Below, piece after piece: positions 51,627-63,800 of a DNA stretch of 64,000 bases. The DNA lies in contig NC_068993.1 of the NCBI RefSeq assembly GCF_001194135.2, positions 36,489,536-36,553,535 on the forward strand, given 5' to 3'. A program made the position numbers and the translations under genes. Every line of letters begins with the position of its first letter. Within the stretch, counting starts at the first letter, position 1. The DNA is from Octopus bimaculoides (Eukaryota). The notes under the pieces were generated by a model. It had not been told where the DNA came from and searched no databases. It saw nothing but the letters and a program-made list of their open reading frames with translations.

Positions 51627-52964
51627 CAAAAATTCACATGTGAGTATTTTGCTACGTTTGATAACAGATACAATATTTTTACCAAATTTTGGTATAAATC
51701 TATAAATACATACATACATACATACATACACACACCAAAAGACCTTTTACATGTACATGCACACAGATATACGTGTATATTAAATACTTCATTATACGTG
51801 TCTATCTATACACGTGTAAATACACACATGCACACATTAACGAATCAATCACTGCACCACCCCACCCCACCCCCACTCAAAAACCCTCATCACTTTTTTT
51901 TCTGTTTATTGACTGTTGAACTTATCCTTTGCTTTTCTCACACACACACGCATTAAAAAATAACAAAAACAAGGAAGTGTGTGTGTGATTGTGTGTGTGT
52001 TTCAGAAACAATGTATTTTCTTATGCTTAGTTGTTATTGTTGGGGTGGGCTGGACTGGCTGAAAATTAAGAAGACAAAAAAAAAAATGAAAAAAAGTCAG
52101 TTGAAGATTTACCATCACAAAGTTGGAATTGGACAATTATTCATTTCTTGGAATTTCAAAACAAAAATAATATCTGTCTTTTTCTTTTACAGGTAGATGT
52201 GATGATAGTGTAGGAAAAGGAATAATAAAACAGCAACATGTAAGGAAAGTGTAAAAAGGATATTATTATTATTATTATTATTATTATCATTAATAATACC
52301 ATGTTCTTTATTTCTCTTGTCCTCAATCAAGAATGACTTTTGTGGGTTTTTTTTTTTGAAAATATACAAAAAAAGTTTCACTTCTGAGCTTCTCCCTTCA
52401 TTTTTCGGTGGGATAATTTTTGTTGCTTGTTTTTTTTAGTTTTTATGATAAAAAAGGAATTTTTTTTTTCCTCTCATTGAAGTAATCTGAAGTATGTATA
52501 TCTGTATACATGTGTGTGTGTGTTTCTATATACATATACATATGAATGTATGTATAAATCTGTGTATGCATGTGCATATATATTTGTATATATACATAAA
52601 AGTATGTATAAATACATGTGTGTGATTGTATATATATACAGAAATCTATGAATGATTGTATGTGCGTGTGCATATGTATATATATATATATGTATCTGTA
52701 TATACATTATTGCGACTACATGGGCCTAAAAACCATTAGCAAAAGTATAGGAAATGCTATCAAATCATCCTTGACTGCAGCTGTAGTTACACACACACAC
52801 ACACACACACACAAACATGCACACATATATACACACACACATATACATATGTATATATACATTTAAAAATATGACAGTTGAAGGACCCTACAGCAATTGT
52901 CTTTTTTTTTTTTTTTTTTGCTTTTCTGTTCCCCCCTTTTTTTTTTTATTAAATTCCATCATCA

Positions 52965-53159
52965 TTATTCCAGCACCCTGGCATTTTTTACATTTCTCAA
53001 AGCATTGGTCTTTACAAAGTCTATCTCCCGATATTCACAAGAAGGAGGAGGTCCACTTGGGGTCTCAGCAGTGTCGTCAAGTCTTAAGTCCAAGTATTTC
53101 AACTCTCCGCAGTCGGGTTTACCTGGTGCTGGTAATATCTGACGCATTCCTTGTTTAGA
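52965..53159 (-). CDS. Gab/dos: Gab/Dos-family docking protein, terminal exon
   Basis: Acceptor tattttctttttctcag|; reads SKQGMRQILPAPGKPDCGELKYLDLRLDD..CEYREIDFVKTNALRNVKNARVLE*. Matches the recalled Gab1 VEYLDL..VDYVVVD..KT.AL and Dos VDFVKTEAF tandem tyrosine motifs. Confidence 0.85.
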   Translation of the reverse strand, partial: SKQGMRQILPAPGKPDCGELKYLDLRLDDTAETPSGPPPSCEYREIDFVKTNALRNVKNARVLE

Positions 53160-54160
53160 CTGAGAAAAAGAAAATATATGTTATCTATATATACAGAGAG
53201 AAAACTTTGATATTGAATACTTATGTAACAAGTTATGTGATTGAATGCATACAAGAGAGGAAAACTTTAAAAACACTTTATCTCTCATCAGATTGGAATA
53301 TGTAAGTATGGTCAAAGGAGGACATAAAGCATCTATTTCAATGGAAAATTATGTGCTCAGGTGGCAGATGGTGGTATCTCTATTCAATCATAATTGGGGT
53401 TCAACTAACTAACTGCAATCTAACAAGAGAACATCTCTCTCATGTTTTTGACCATTAGGTCATGGTATACTTACACCACAATAGTCTCAAGATGCATCAC
53501 AAGTCTTTGTGACAAATCAGAAAGTGCTAGGATATTCAGAAAACTGGGTTGTTCTTTAATGCACTGCACCAGTGTATGTATATTTATCATCATCATCCTT
53601 TAACATTCATTTTCCATGCTGGCATGGGCTAGATGGTTTGACCAGAGTTGGCAAGCTGGAGAGCTGCACCAGATTCCAGTGTGATTTGGTTTGGTTTCTA
53701 CAGCTGGCACCTGAGCCAAATCCTTTGTAACAAAGTGCAATGCATGCATGCATCTGTTCTAAAATAATTTCAATTGTACTAGTTATATTTTTATTAAAAA
53801 TCAAACTTTTACAACGACCTGATAGTGTGATCTAACACTTTTAGCACCTCCTCATTCAATGTGCCATGGATTGAAAAAGTTTGAAAATTGTAGTTTGACT
53901 AACTAGACATGTTAAGAAAGAACACATTAAATGATACAGTCTTAAATGTAGGTCTCTGAAAATGAAAATAACATAGGATAGTCATGGTTGGAATATCTTT
54001 GATTATTAGTTTGCTTAATCAGATTTGAATTGGCATTTTACAACAAATTATTTCTCTCTCATAAATTTATGTGGTGCTCTGTATATTCGAGTAAGAAATC
54101 CTTATTATAGAAGACAAACAATATCAATTATATCTAATTGTGTGGAATATACACACATAG

Positions 54161-54186
54161 TCTCTCTCTCTCTCTCTCTCTCTCTC

Positions 54187-54217
<31 letters not shown>

Positions 54218-54228
54218 AGGGAGATAGA

Positions 54229-54260
<32 letters not shown>

Positions 54261-54803
54261 TAGAGAGAGGGAGAGGTAGAGAGAGAGAGAGGGATAGAGA
54301 TATAGAGAGAGATAGAGATATAGAGAGAGAGAGAGGTAGAGATATATAGAGAGAGAGAGGTAGAGAGAGAGAGAGAGGTAGAGAGATAGAGAGAGGTAGA
54401 GATAGAGAGAGAGAGATAGAGAGATATAGATAGAGAGAGAGATATAGATATAGATAGAGAGAGGGAGAGAGAGATAGATATAGATAGAGAGAGGGAGAGA
54501 GAGATAGATATAGATAGAGAGAGGGAGAGAGAGATAGATATAGATAGAGAGAGGGAGAGAGAGATATATATAGAGAGAGAGGGAGAGAGAGATATATATA
54601 GAGAGAGGGAGGGAGAGATATATATAGAGAGAGGGAGGGAGAGATATATATAGAGAGAGGGAGAGAGAGATATATATAGAGAGAGATATATATATATAGA
54701 GAGAGGGAGAGAGAGATATATATATATATAGAGAGAGGGAGAGAGAGATATATATATATATAGAGAGAGGGAGAGAGAGATATATATAGAGAGAGGGAGA
54801 GAG

Positions 54804-54864
<61 letters not shown>

Positions 54865-54890
54865 TATATATATATATATAGAGAGAGAGA
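54161..54890. repeat. Compound (TC)n-(GA/TA)n array with higher-order units
   Basis: (TC)13(GA)10, then ~700 bp of GA/TA repeats; the 30-bp unit tagatagagagagggagagagagatagata is perfect three times (54451-54540). Confidence 0.97.
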
Positions 54891-55254
54891 GGTGTGTGTG
54901 CAGGCGTGGCTGTGTGGGAAAGAAGTTTGCTTGCCAGCCATGGGGGTCAGTCCTGCTGCATGACATCTTTGGGAAATGCATTCTACTGTAGTCCTGGGGC
55001 CAACCAAAGCTTTGTGAGTGGATTTGGTGAATGGAAACTGAAAGGAGCCCATTGACTAGATATGTATGTATTTGCATGTACCCTGTCTTATGTGTGACCA
55101 TGAAGAAATATTGCCTTGCTCAGAAACAGTCGAGGTGAGGGTCGGTGACAAGAAAGGTATCCAGAAGTAGAAATATCTGCCTCAACAAATACCATCAAAC
55201 TCATACAACCATGGAAACGTTGCTGTTAAATGATGATTTTATTTATATATATGA

Positions 55255-55665
55255 ATTGCTGTGTGGTAAGAAACTTGCTTCCCAACCACATGGTTCCAGG
55301 TTCAGTTCCACTGTGTGGCACCTTGGGCAAGTATTTTCTACTATGGTCTCAGGCCGCCCAAAGCCTTGTGAGTGGATTTGGTAGATGGCAACTGAAAGAA
55401 GCCCGTTGTTTATATATATATACATACGTATATATATATGTATATATTTATGTGTGTGTGTGTGTGTCTCTGTTTGTCACCCCATCACAATTGGTATTGG
55501 TGTGCTTACATCTCCGTAACTTAGCAATTTGACAAAAAAGCCCGATAGAATAAGTACTATAGGCTTAAAAAGCAAGTCCTGGGGTCAATTTGTTCAACTA
55601 GAATGCATCAAGGCAGTGCTCCAGCATGGCTACAGTCAAATGGCAAACAAATAAAAGACTACAGA
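55255..55665 (+). mobile_element. SINE family A, full length
   Basis: Head, core, internal (TA)/(TG)n and tail are all present. Confidence 0.88.
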
Positions 55666-56846
55666 CACACACACACAAGGTGTCCATAAAGTCCTTTTTA
55701 ATGAAAGCTTGTAATTTATGTTTTGTCTTGTTCTGTGATGAGGTTCCAATTCAGAAGTTTTGGGGAGGAGAGGGTTACACCTTCATTATCCCATTACCTT
55801 TACTCTTACTCTCAAGTCTGTTCTGGCCTAGGAGGGCAGTACCTGTCAAGGGCCACACCTACAGGTCAAATTGCAGAAGATGGTCCTATGGTCAAGGCAA
55901 ACAGGATGCAGAGGAGGGCTGATCCCTAGAAATGTGTCACATAGGCTCACTGATGTGTGGACATGCCCTGATGTCGTGTGAATCAGTCCCTTTGCCTACA
56001 GGTTAAGTAGGGCCTGTCTCTGAAAAGTAAACTCAGAAAAGCAGGAGACTATCAGTGTAAACATTAAATAAAATGGTAGAAAGCAACACCACTGCTGTAT
56101 CTTTCCCAAGAAAATGTCTTGAATCTTCAGCTTTGACACAGAGACCCATGACTGCTGTAGGTATGGTGATAAGGAGAACAGAGCACCCTTTTCAGACCAT
56201 CAGATTAAATAAAAGAGAGTAAGTAACAGTTGTAGCTTAGTAAATTACAAGTAATAAATACAACAGCAGAAATAAGTATGCATAAAAATTACAAGATGTA
56301 TTTCCTGCTATGAGGAAATTCAAGAAAGGAAAGTTAACCCTCTTCCCACCATATTGCCAATTTCAGTATTAATTAAATTGGAACTCTAGAGAGTTGTTTC
56401 CCTTTCCAATGTTTGGTTGCTTTAAGTTTTGTTCAATAATGTGTACCTCACCTTGATAAAGATTATAGCCTTGAGTAATTAAAGTTATTGCGCTCACCAG
56501 ACAAAGTGTGTGAGCACTCTATTATATAGAACAGTTTCTTATTTCTTTACTGCCCACAAGGGGCTACATACAGAGGGGACAAACAAGGACCATATATGTG
56601 TGTGCAGGTGTCTTTGTGTTTGTCATCCACCACTACTACCACCACTTGACTTGATGGACTTATTAACATCTAGTTAAACTGAGTGTTGTCTCTGCTGTGA
56701 CAACAAACAGTGAAGGTTATGTGGAAACAACACAATTTATAGGTTAGGAATTATAAACAGTTTTCCAGTTATGGACAGACAGAGACAAATCTTGAAATTT
56801 CACCATAACAGATATCAATGATGTGTATTAAAGTCATCTCTACAAA

Positions 56847-56939
56847 TTTTCTATAGAATTATAGCCGGCACTGATTTTGTTATGATGTTTTGTATCCAAG
56901 ACATCTCAAAATCAGAGCTGGCTATAATTTCTATAAAAA
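56847..56939. repeat. Imperfect ~93-nt hairpin in the last Gab intron
   Basis: Outer arms 56848-56879/56907-56939 (2 mismatches, 1 G-T, 1 bulge); inner 9-bp stem 56884-56892/56897-56905; 4-nt loop. Confidence 0.85.
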
Positions 56940-57261
56940 CTCTGTAGCATTGACCTTAACACGTGGTCTAAGAGCACTGCTAACTCAAATGTTTAATATA
57001 CTTTTTAGCATATAATGGTTGCATAAAGAAATAATGTGTGTCTACAAGTCATCAAGATATCAATGAAAGATCATCCTTACCAAGGTTTTCCTTTAAAAGA
57101 AAAACATGAAGAAATCAAGGACCTGTTACCAACATCTGGTTGGTAATAGGTTTGTGTTTCATGGTCTGAGAGTTTTGCTCAGAAACAAAGGAATCATCAG
57201 AGAATTTGAACTGATGAGCCATGAGTATACTTTCTTCACATGATCATACTGAATCTGAGAA

Positions 57262-57317
<56 letters not shown>

Positions 57318-57419
57318 CACTCATGTGCAAGTATATTTATATGATATAAGAATAGTAGTTATACATGTGTGTTTATATGACATGAAAATAATAGTAGTGT
57401 GTGTGTGTGTGATACTCAC

Positions 57420-57507
57420 CATTGTTATATCACCATCTTCATCAGAGGATGAAGAGCCATCTGCAATGGAGGCTTGCTTTTTTCGAGGTAATCTCGGCTG
57501 AGTGACT
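57420..57507 (-). CDS. Gab/dos: Gab/Dos penultimate coding exon ([R]VTQPRLPRKKQASIADGSSSSDEDGDITM)
   Basis: Acceptor tttatctattctag|, donor |gtgagt; 88 nt, ending phase 0 and joining the 53159 exon in frame. Confidence 0.75.
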
Positions 57508-57639
57508 CTAGAATAGATAAAGAAAGAAAATAAATTATTTAAAAAAAACAAATAAAAAGAAAAAAGAATGAGTGAAAGAAAGCAACAAGAATTTTATGAA
57601 GAACATTTGTCTAAGTAACAAATCAAACTTCTAGACTCC

Positions 57640-58640
57640 TGCATATTTGCTGCAGATCATACAGATAGAGTTGGATACCCAAAGTTCATCAGTGGACCTT
57701 ATGGAAACAAAATACATGAGGTCTGAAAATAAAGCATAAGAATAATAGTGGTGAGAAGTAATGAACTTGAGGAAGTGAAGAAGTACATTTACCTGGAATA
57801 AATAGAAAATATATGCCAAGACATGAACACTGGAATGTCACAATGTAAGAATAGTGTAGAAGCTGGACACGAAACTCGGCTTGCGAAGACCTGTTAGGGC
57901 AAGCGAAAGCGAAATCGGGATGGCACCTGTGCCCAGCGTCGCCTTCCTGGCACTTGTGCCGGTGGCACGTGTAAAGACATTAGAGCGAGATCGTTGCCAG
58001 TGCTGCTGGACTGGCTCCTGTGCAGGTGGCACATAAAATATACCATTTTGAGCGTGGCTGTTGCCAGTACCGCCTGACTGGCCTTTGTGCCGGTGGCACG
58101 TAAAAGCACCCACTACACTCTTGGAGTGGTTGGCGTTAGGAAGGGCATCCAGTTGTAGAAACTCTGCCAAATCAGATTGGAGCCTGGTGTAGCCATCTGG
58201 TTCACCAGTCCTCAGTCAAATCGTCCAACCCATGCTAGCATGGAAAGCGGACGTTAAACGATGATGATGATGATGATGATATCTGGACATGACCCTATGT
58301 GCTAATCTCTTCAATAACACAGCCCTACCTGTGCTCTTATATGCATGTGAAACATGGACTACTGCATAAAAATAAAAAAAACTAGCTCTGATACAACTGG
58401 CCATGGAAATATCCATGTTTGGAGTATTATTGTGGGAGTATATCAAAAATAAGAGAATTCAAGAACAGAGTGGAACAGATGATGTGATTGTGGAATACCA
58501 AATGCACAACCTCTGCTGGGTTGGGCATGTTGCAAAACTCCGAAACAACAGCTGGGCACATGCAATCATTTAGTGGTTTCTAAGAGATTTTTAAAGACCA
58601 ATCACAAGACTTCCAAAATGATGGGAGGATGACACAGTAA
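57640..58640 (+). mobile_element. Old RTE LINE remnant interrupted by a younger insertion
   Basis: Reads METKYM..ELEEVKKYIYL..KLD|MTLCANLFNNTALPVLLYACETWT..WVGHVAKLRNNSW; the frame is continuous once 57870-58289 is removed. Confidence 0.8.
57870..58282 (+). mobile_element. RTE 3' UTR module insertion with 7-bp TSD
   Basis: ctggaca at 57863-57869 and 58283-58289; tandem hairpin units; (GAT)n tail. Confidence 0.9.
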
Positions 58641-59256
58641 AAGATATTGGGGCCCAAATGGAAGAAAATAAATACCAGGCTTAAGTATTGTGAGCGATTT
58701 GTTCATCTAAACCCTTCAAGGCAGTGCCCTAACATGGCCACAGTTGAAAGAATGAAACAGATAAAATATGAAAAATAAATGTGCTTTGTGAAAGTCACCA
58801 ACAGCAAGCAGTGTTGTCACTCCTGTCAATAAAATTGTCTGCTTGCTTCATTCTTTGAAAGACATATGAAATAGGGAAACTCTTACTTCAAAAACAGATA
58901 ATGGATAACAACAAAAAGGGCATCTTGGTTGTAAAATAATGCTCCAATAATATATCTGGTGAACCCATGCTAGCATGGAAAGAAAAGAATGCCATAAAAC
59001 AGGAGGAGGAACTGTTTATTGTCACTATAAACTGGCCTTACTGGTTTTTATGAGTTATGAAAAGTTTCTTTAACCTTGACTTATATCCAACAACAGTAAA
59101 CAGTGGTACCTAGCAGTTTTTAGTGCCTTTTGGGTAGCTCCCAGTTTATCTGAAGTCAATAGAGTATTAAGGATGTCTTGTGTGTGTGTGAGTAAAAGTC
59201 TCTCACAAAAAGGTGTAATGCGGTGACAAATAATAATGTGTGACTCAAGCTGGTGA

Positions 59257-59292
<36 letters not shown>

Positions 59293-59568
59293 TTATTTAT
59301 ATACTCACACACTTGTGTGTAGATATGTGTGTGTGAGTGAGTATGCATGTGTGTATACAAGCTGCTATATGTGCAAATGTAAGTGTATGCATATTATTTT
59401 CAGGGGCTGCTTTTCACCAAATTTTCCCAAGCTAGTGGTTTGGTTTATTCTTGTGACTAATATTTTATAGCTAAAACAAATATGCTTATGTGGTATCAAA
59501 TTTAATGTGTATATGTCTAGTTTACTGTCTGGTGTGCCTGTGTATGTGTGTGCATATATGTATATACA

Positions 59569-59609
<41 letters not shown>

Positions 59610-62173
59610 TGCTTAATGTTCACTAATTTATTCCTTCCAAATATTTCACTACATGCTCTGGCCATGACCACTGGACTTTGCCATACCTGGTCTATGTCAG
59701 AAAAACGAGTTCCATCTATTTGGTACAGGTTGTAATTTTTGTGGAAGGATGATGTCCTAGTATAGTATCACTGATAATTTTATGGAACCCTAGCTGAATA
59801 AAAAAACAAACTTGCTCCATCATCAGGATTTGAATTTTAGAATGTTTTGCTATTCACAGTTCTACTGATCACATCACTACCAATACTAATTTCCCGGTCA
59901 AAACATTTTCTAAATATTTTTGTTCTCATCTGTTTCTTCATATACATTATGGAGAAAAAAATATTATGTAGGCATTGTTTTTATGGTTGGATACCCTTCT
60001 TGTCACTAACCCTTATCTGTTTTTCAAGTAAGGGTTTTCTTATTTCATATGTCTTTGAAGGTCAAAAGCCAGCAGATGGTTGGTTGATAGGAGAAATGAC
60101 AACACCACCACCACTTGTCGCTTGTGATTTTCAGAGAAGTGAAAATGTAAACAGACACAGACATACTCACAAAAACAAGCTTATTTCACATTCAGTCAAT
60201 CAAATCCAATCACAAGGCTTTAATTAGCCTTGAGCTATAGGAGAAGACACTTGCCCAAAGCCCTCTGAAACCAAATGATTGGGAAGCAAGCATCTTAACT
60301 ATTCAGTCATGCCTACACCTACAACAAACAATGCAAGAAATATATTAAACCAAAATGGAAAGCCACTGTATGGTAACTTGACTTCTGCTTGAAATCCACT
60401 CCACTTGTAGTGAAATTTTGAGGAAGGAGACTAGACAATTTCATTGACCCCAGTACTCGACTGATACTTATTTAACCACCCCTGAAAAGATGAAAGGCAA
60501 ATTCGATGTAGACAGGATTTGAACTCAGAAAGCAAAGCCAGAAGAAAAACCATTAAGCATTTTGTCCAGCATATTAGTGATTCTGCAAGCTCACTACAGT
60601 AGTAGTAGTAGTAGTAGTGGTTGGTCCAGGGCTTCAATAAAAATAATTCTTTCTAATTTTGGCACAAGGCCAGCAATTTTGAGGGGATGGGGTTAGTCAA
60701 TACCATCAATCCCAGTAATTACCTGATACTTTATTTTAACAACCCTGAAAGGATGAAAGTAAAATTTGGCCTTGACAGAATTGGAACTCGGAACACAAAC
60801 ACACATACAAGAGTGATAAAAGGTTTATAACATGCCAGATTTGTAAGTTTGATCCTCAGTGAAGTCATTTCAAACCCCTTTCTCTAAAGATGGATGATCC
60901 TTAACTCCATTGAAAACAGTGAATTGACTGAATTGCTAAAATATCAGAATACCATACAGTTCTCTGTGCTCTGAGTTCAAATCTTGCCAAAGTCAACTAT
61001 GCCATTCTTCCCTTTGAGATTGGTGTTAATGTTTTGTTTGTATGTGTGTGTGTGTATGTGTGTGTAGAGACATAGAGAGATAAGGAGGAAAGAATGAAGG
61101 GAAGCAAAGATGTGTGACAGATATATATGATTGGATGCTGGTCCTAAGGAGTCCTTAATCTGGGTAAAAGTACTCCCTTAAAAGCCTTGTGAGCTCATAA
61201 AAAGGTAACAAGTGGGGGCAATGAATGTTTAAAGGATTATGATTTCTCTTAGAATATTTAAACCAAGTACAGTACATAGGTTTTAAACATATTTTCAAAA
61301 CAACTCTTTATCAAGCTTACATATGAGTTAGATAGTTATCAGTGAGTAGAGAACATGACTGATGATGCATCAAGACCCAATAGGATTTCATTACATTATA
61401 ATCTTCATTTTTTTTAGTAATTCATACAAAAGTTAACAAAGGGGTCACTAGAATATGCAAATATCTAAAGAGAGTATAGCTCTTGTTTAAGATAATCCGG
61501 TATTATGTAGAAAACCATGACATTCTGTAAAAGGTGGTGCAAAATGTTGATAACTGCTTGTATAAATTATTGAATCTCGTCTGAGTTCTCTCCTATTTTT
61601 TTGTTGTTATTTTAATGTGAGTGAGTGCTGAATGTAATGTCATCATAAACAGCACAATCATGACTAATCAAGAACAATCCCTCGTTTGTCATTAATAAAC
61701 AATGTGGTTTGTCTACTTATCTTTAAGCAGATACTTTGACCGATCTTTCTTATGTTATTTTTAACATATCACTTCATTATCAGACAATTCACAGACAGTT
61801 CAAAAGAGATCAACAAAATTAGCAATAACGTCAACATTGTTTTGTTTTTTCTTTTAACATCCGTTTTCCATGCTTTTTCAGACAGGTTTTAAGGGTAATG
61901 TCTGACAACCAAATGCCCTCCCTACAGCTAAATATTTTAGTTGCCTCTACAAGGACATAGTGTATCTATTTTTAAACCAAGATACACAAGGAAATAGCTG
62001 CGAAGAGGCACTGCCATTTGGTGGTGTTCATACTTGGTGCTAAACTATAAGTTAGTCTTCTTCCTTCTCCACTGCTTTACAGGTTAATTAGCATTCCAGT
62101 TATAGCCAACCATCTTAATTTCTCATGCATAATATTTCTAGACTTAAATTTCCAATATGTTTCAGTATGGTTA

Positions 62174-62475
62174 TCAGAGAAGATAGCGTTTGTATGTGGA
62201 AGATGCACAGGAGTCATAAAAACTACAGATCAATTTTCTCAAATGCCCTGGAGGCTCTTTAGAGGTAGTGGATAATTTTTGCTACCTCGGGGATCTAATT
62301 AACTGTGAGGGAGGATGCACAGACAGTGTAATCACTAGAATAAGAATAGGATACAGAAAATTTTGAGAACTTTTACCTCTGTTGGCAACCAAAGGGTCTC
62401 TCTCTCTCTCTCCATAAGAAAAGAAGATTGTATGATACATGTATATGACCAGCAATGCTACGTGGTAGTGAGACT
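62174..62475 (+). mobile_element. RTE LINE fragment (left of mariner)
   Basis: Reads FVCGRC..LEVVDNFCYLGDL..GGC...RIRIG.RKF.ELLPLLATKGLS..LYDTCI*PAMLRGSET. Confidence 0.85.
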
Positions 62476-63346
62476 AGTTCTGTAGTCAGCCAACAGATGG
62501 CAGCATACCATTGCGTGCACAGTGAGAACTCGCAGTGACCTTCATGAGACAGTGTGCTGAGTGACATTACTGTGTTTACTTCACAACTTACGAAATTTGT
62601 AGTTTTGTCATCACATGTAGCCATAGCCTGTAATTTTGTCATGGACAAGAATAAACAGCCAATGTGAAATTTTACGTTAAACTTAGGAAGTCTTGCTACA
62701 GGGATATTGAGCATGCTTTGGCAAGCTTACAGCGATGAGGCAATGGATCGTACACAATGTTTCAAGTGGCACAGGAACTTCAAAAGTGGAAGAACATCCC
62801 TGGAAGACAATGAATGATCTGGAAAACCTGCCATGAGCATCACCACCAGAAATGTGGTATCATACATTGAGAATTCATTCCCAAGGGCCAGACCATCAAT
62901 CAAGAGTTCTACTACGACATTTTGAAGCATTTGACAGGACATTCACTGAAAGCGACTGGATCTGTGGGGTGCAAAGAACTGGATTCTTCACTGAGATCTC
63001 CTCACTCATCAGTTTCTCACCAAAAACAACATGATATCACTCCTGCACCTGCCTTATTCACCTGATTCAGCACTTATGGATTGCCATTTCTTCCTCCAAG
63101 ATGAAAACGCAGCTCAAAAGTTGCCGTTTTAACACTGTTGTTGAGATCCAGAGCAAACTGCAGAATGTCCTTGACTTACTTATGGAAAACAATTTCCAGG
63201 CTGGATTCCAAAAGTGGTAGGAATGCTGAGACTGGTGTATTGCTGTGCAAGATGACTATTTTTAGGGAACAGATGTTAAAACTTAGGAAAATAAGTTATT
63301 TTTATAAAACATAACTAGTCCGGGAACCTTTTAATCCCACCTTGTA
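62472..63346 (+). mobile_element. Internally deleted mariner transposon
   Basis: Reads MDKNKQ..VKFYVKL..AYSDEAMDRTQCFKWHRNFKSGRTSLED (HTH region) and HLPYSPD..KMKTQLK..RF..W...IA.Q.DYF; right end actagtccgggaaccttttaatcccaccttg followed by TA. Confidence 0.9.
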
Positions 63347-63800
63347 CATGTATGACAAAGAGCTAGTGTTTAGAAAGGAAAAGTTGGGCATAAGAGAAAT
63401 TAGATGCAGTGTGCAAGAGAGAGGACTATGCTGGTTTGGTCATGTGATAAATATGGATGAAGACAGTTGCATACAGAAGTGCCAATCACTTAAAGTGAAT
63501 GGAACTTGTGGAAGAAGGAAACCCAGGTAGACATGGGACAAAGTACTGAAAGCCAATCTCAAGACATTGAGCCTTATGAAGATGACGACCAAGAACTGAT
63601 ATCTGGCACATTGCTGTACTCAAGAAGATCTATCCGCCACAGCAGAATTGCTACTTGTCTTACAAGTTACTTGGTGAACCTGACAGTACTGGTGCCATGT
63701 TAAAAGTACCAAGTACACTCTTTGAAGTGGTTGGTGTTAGGAAGGGCGTCCCACCATAGAAACCATGCCAGAACAGACAATGGTGCCAGCATGGAAAAAC
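63345..63800 (+). mobile_element. RTE LINE 3' fragment (right of mariner)
   Basis: Reads KEKLGIREIRCSVQERGLCWFGHVINMDEDSCIQKC..GTCGRRKPR, then a degenerate 3' UTR. Confidence 0.85.

Noticed and set aside
54105-55101. 315-aa and 325-aa minus-strand ORFs (SLSLYIY..)
   Set aside because: Translations of the GA/TA microsatellite plus a SINE.
59687-59793. Possible further Gab exon (ttttattcag acceptor, cag|gtatgg donor on -)
   Set aside because: All frames from the strong acceptor hit stops, and the one open sub-frame ends in phase 0 whereas phase 2 is needed.
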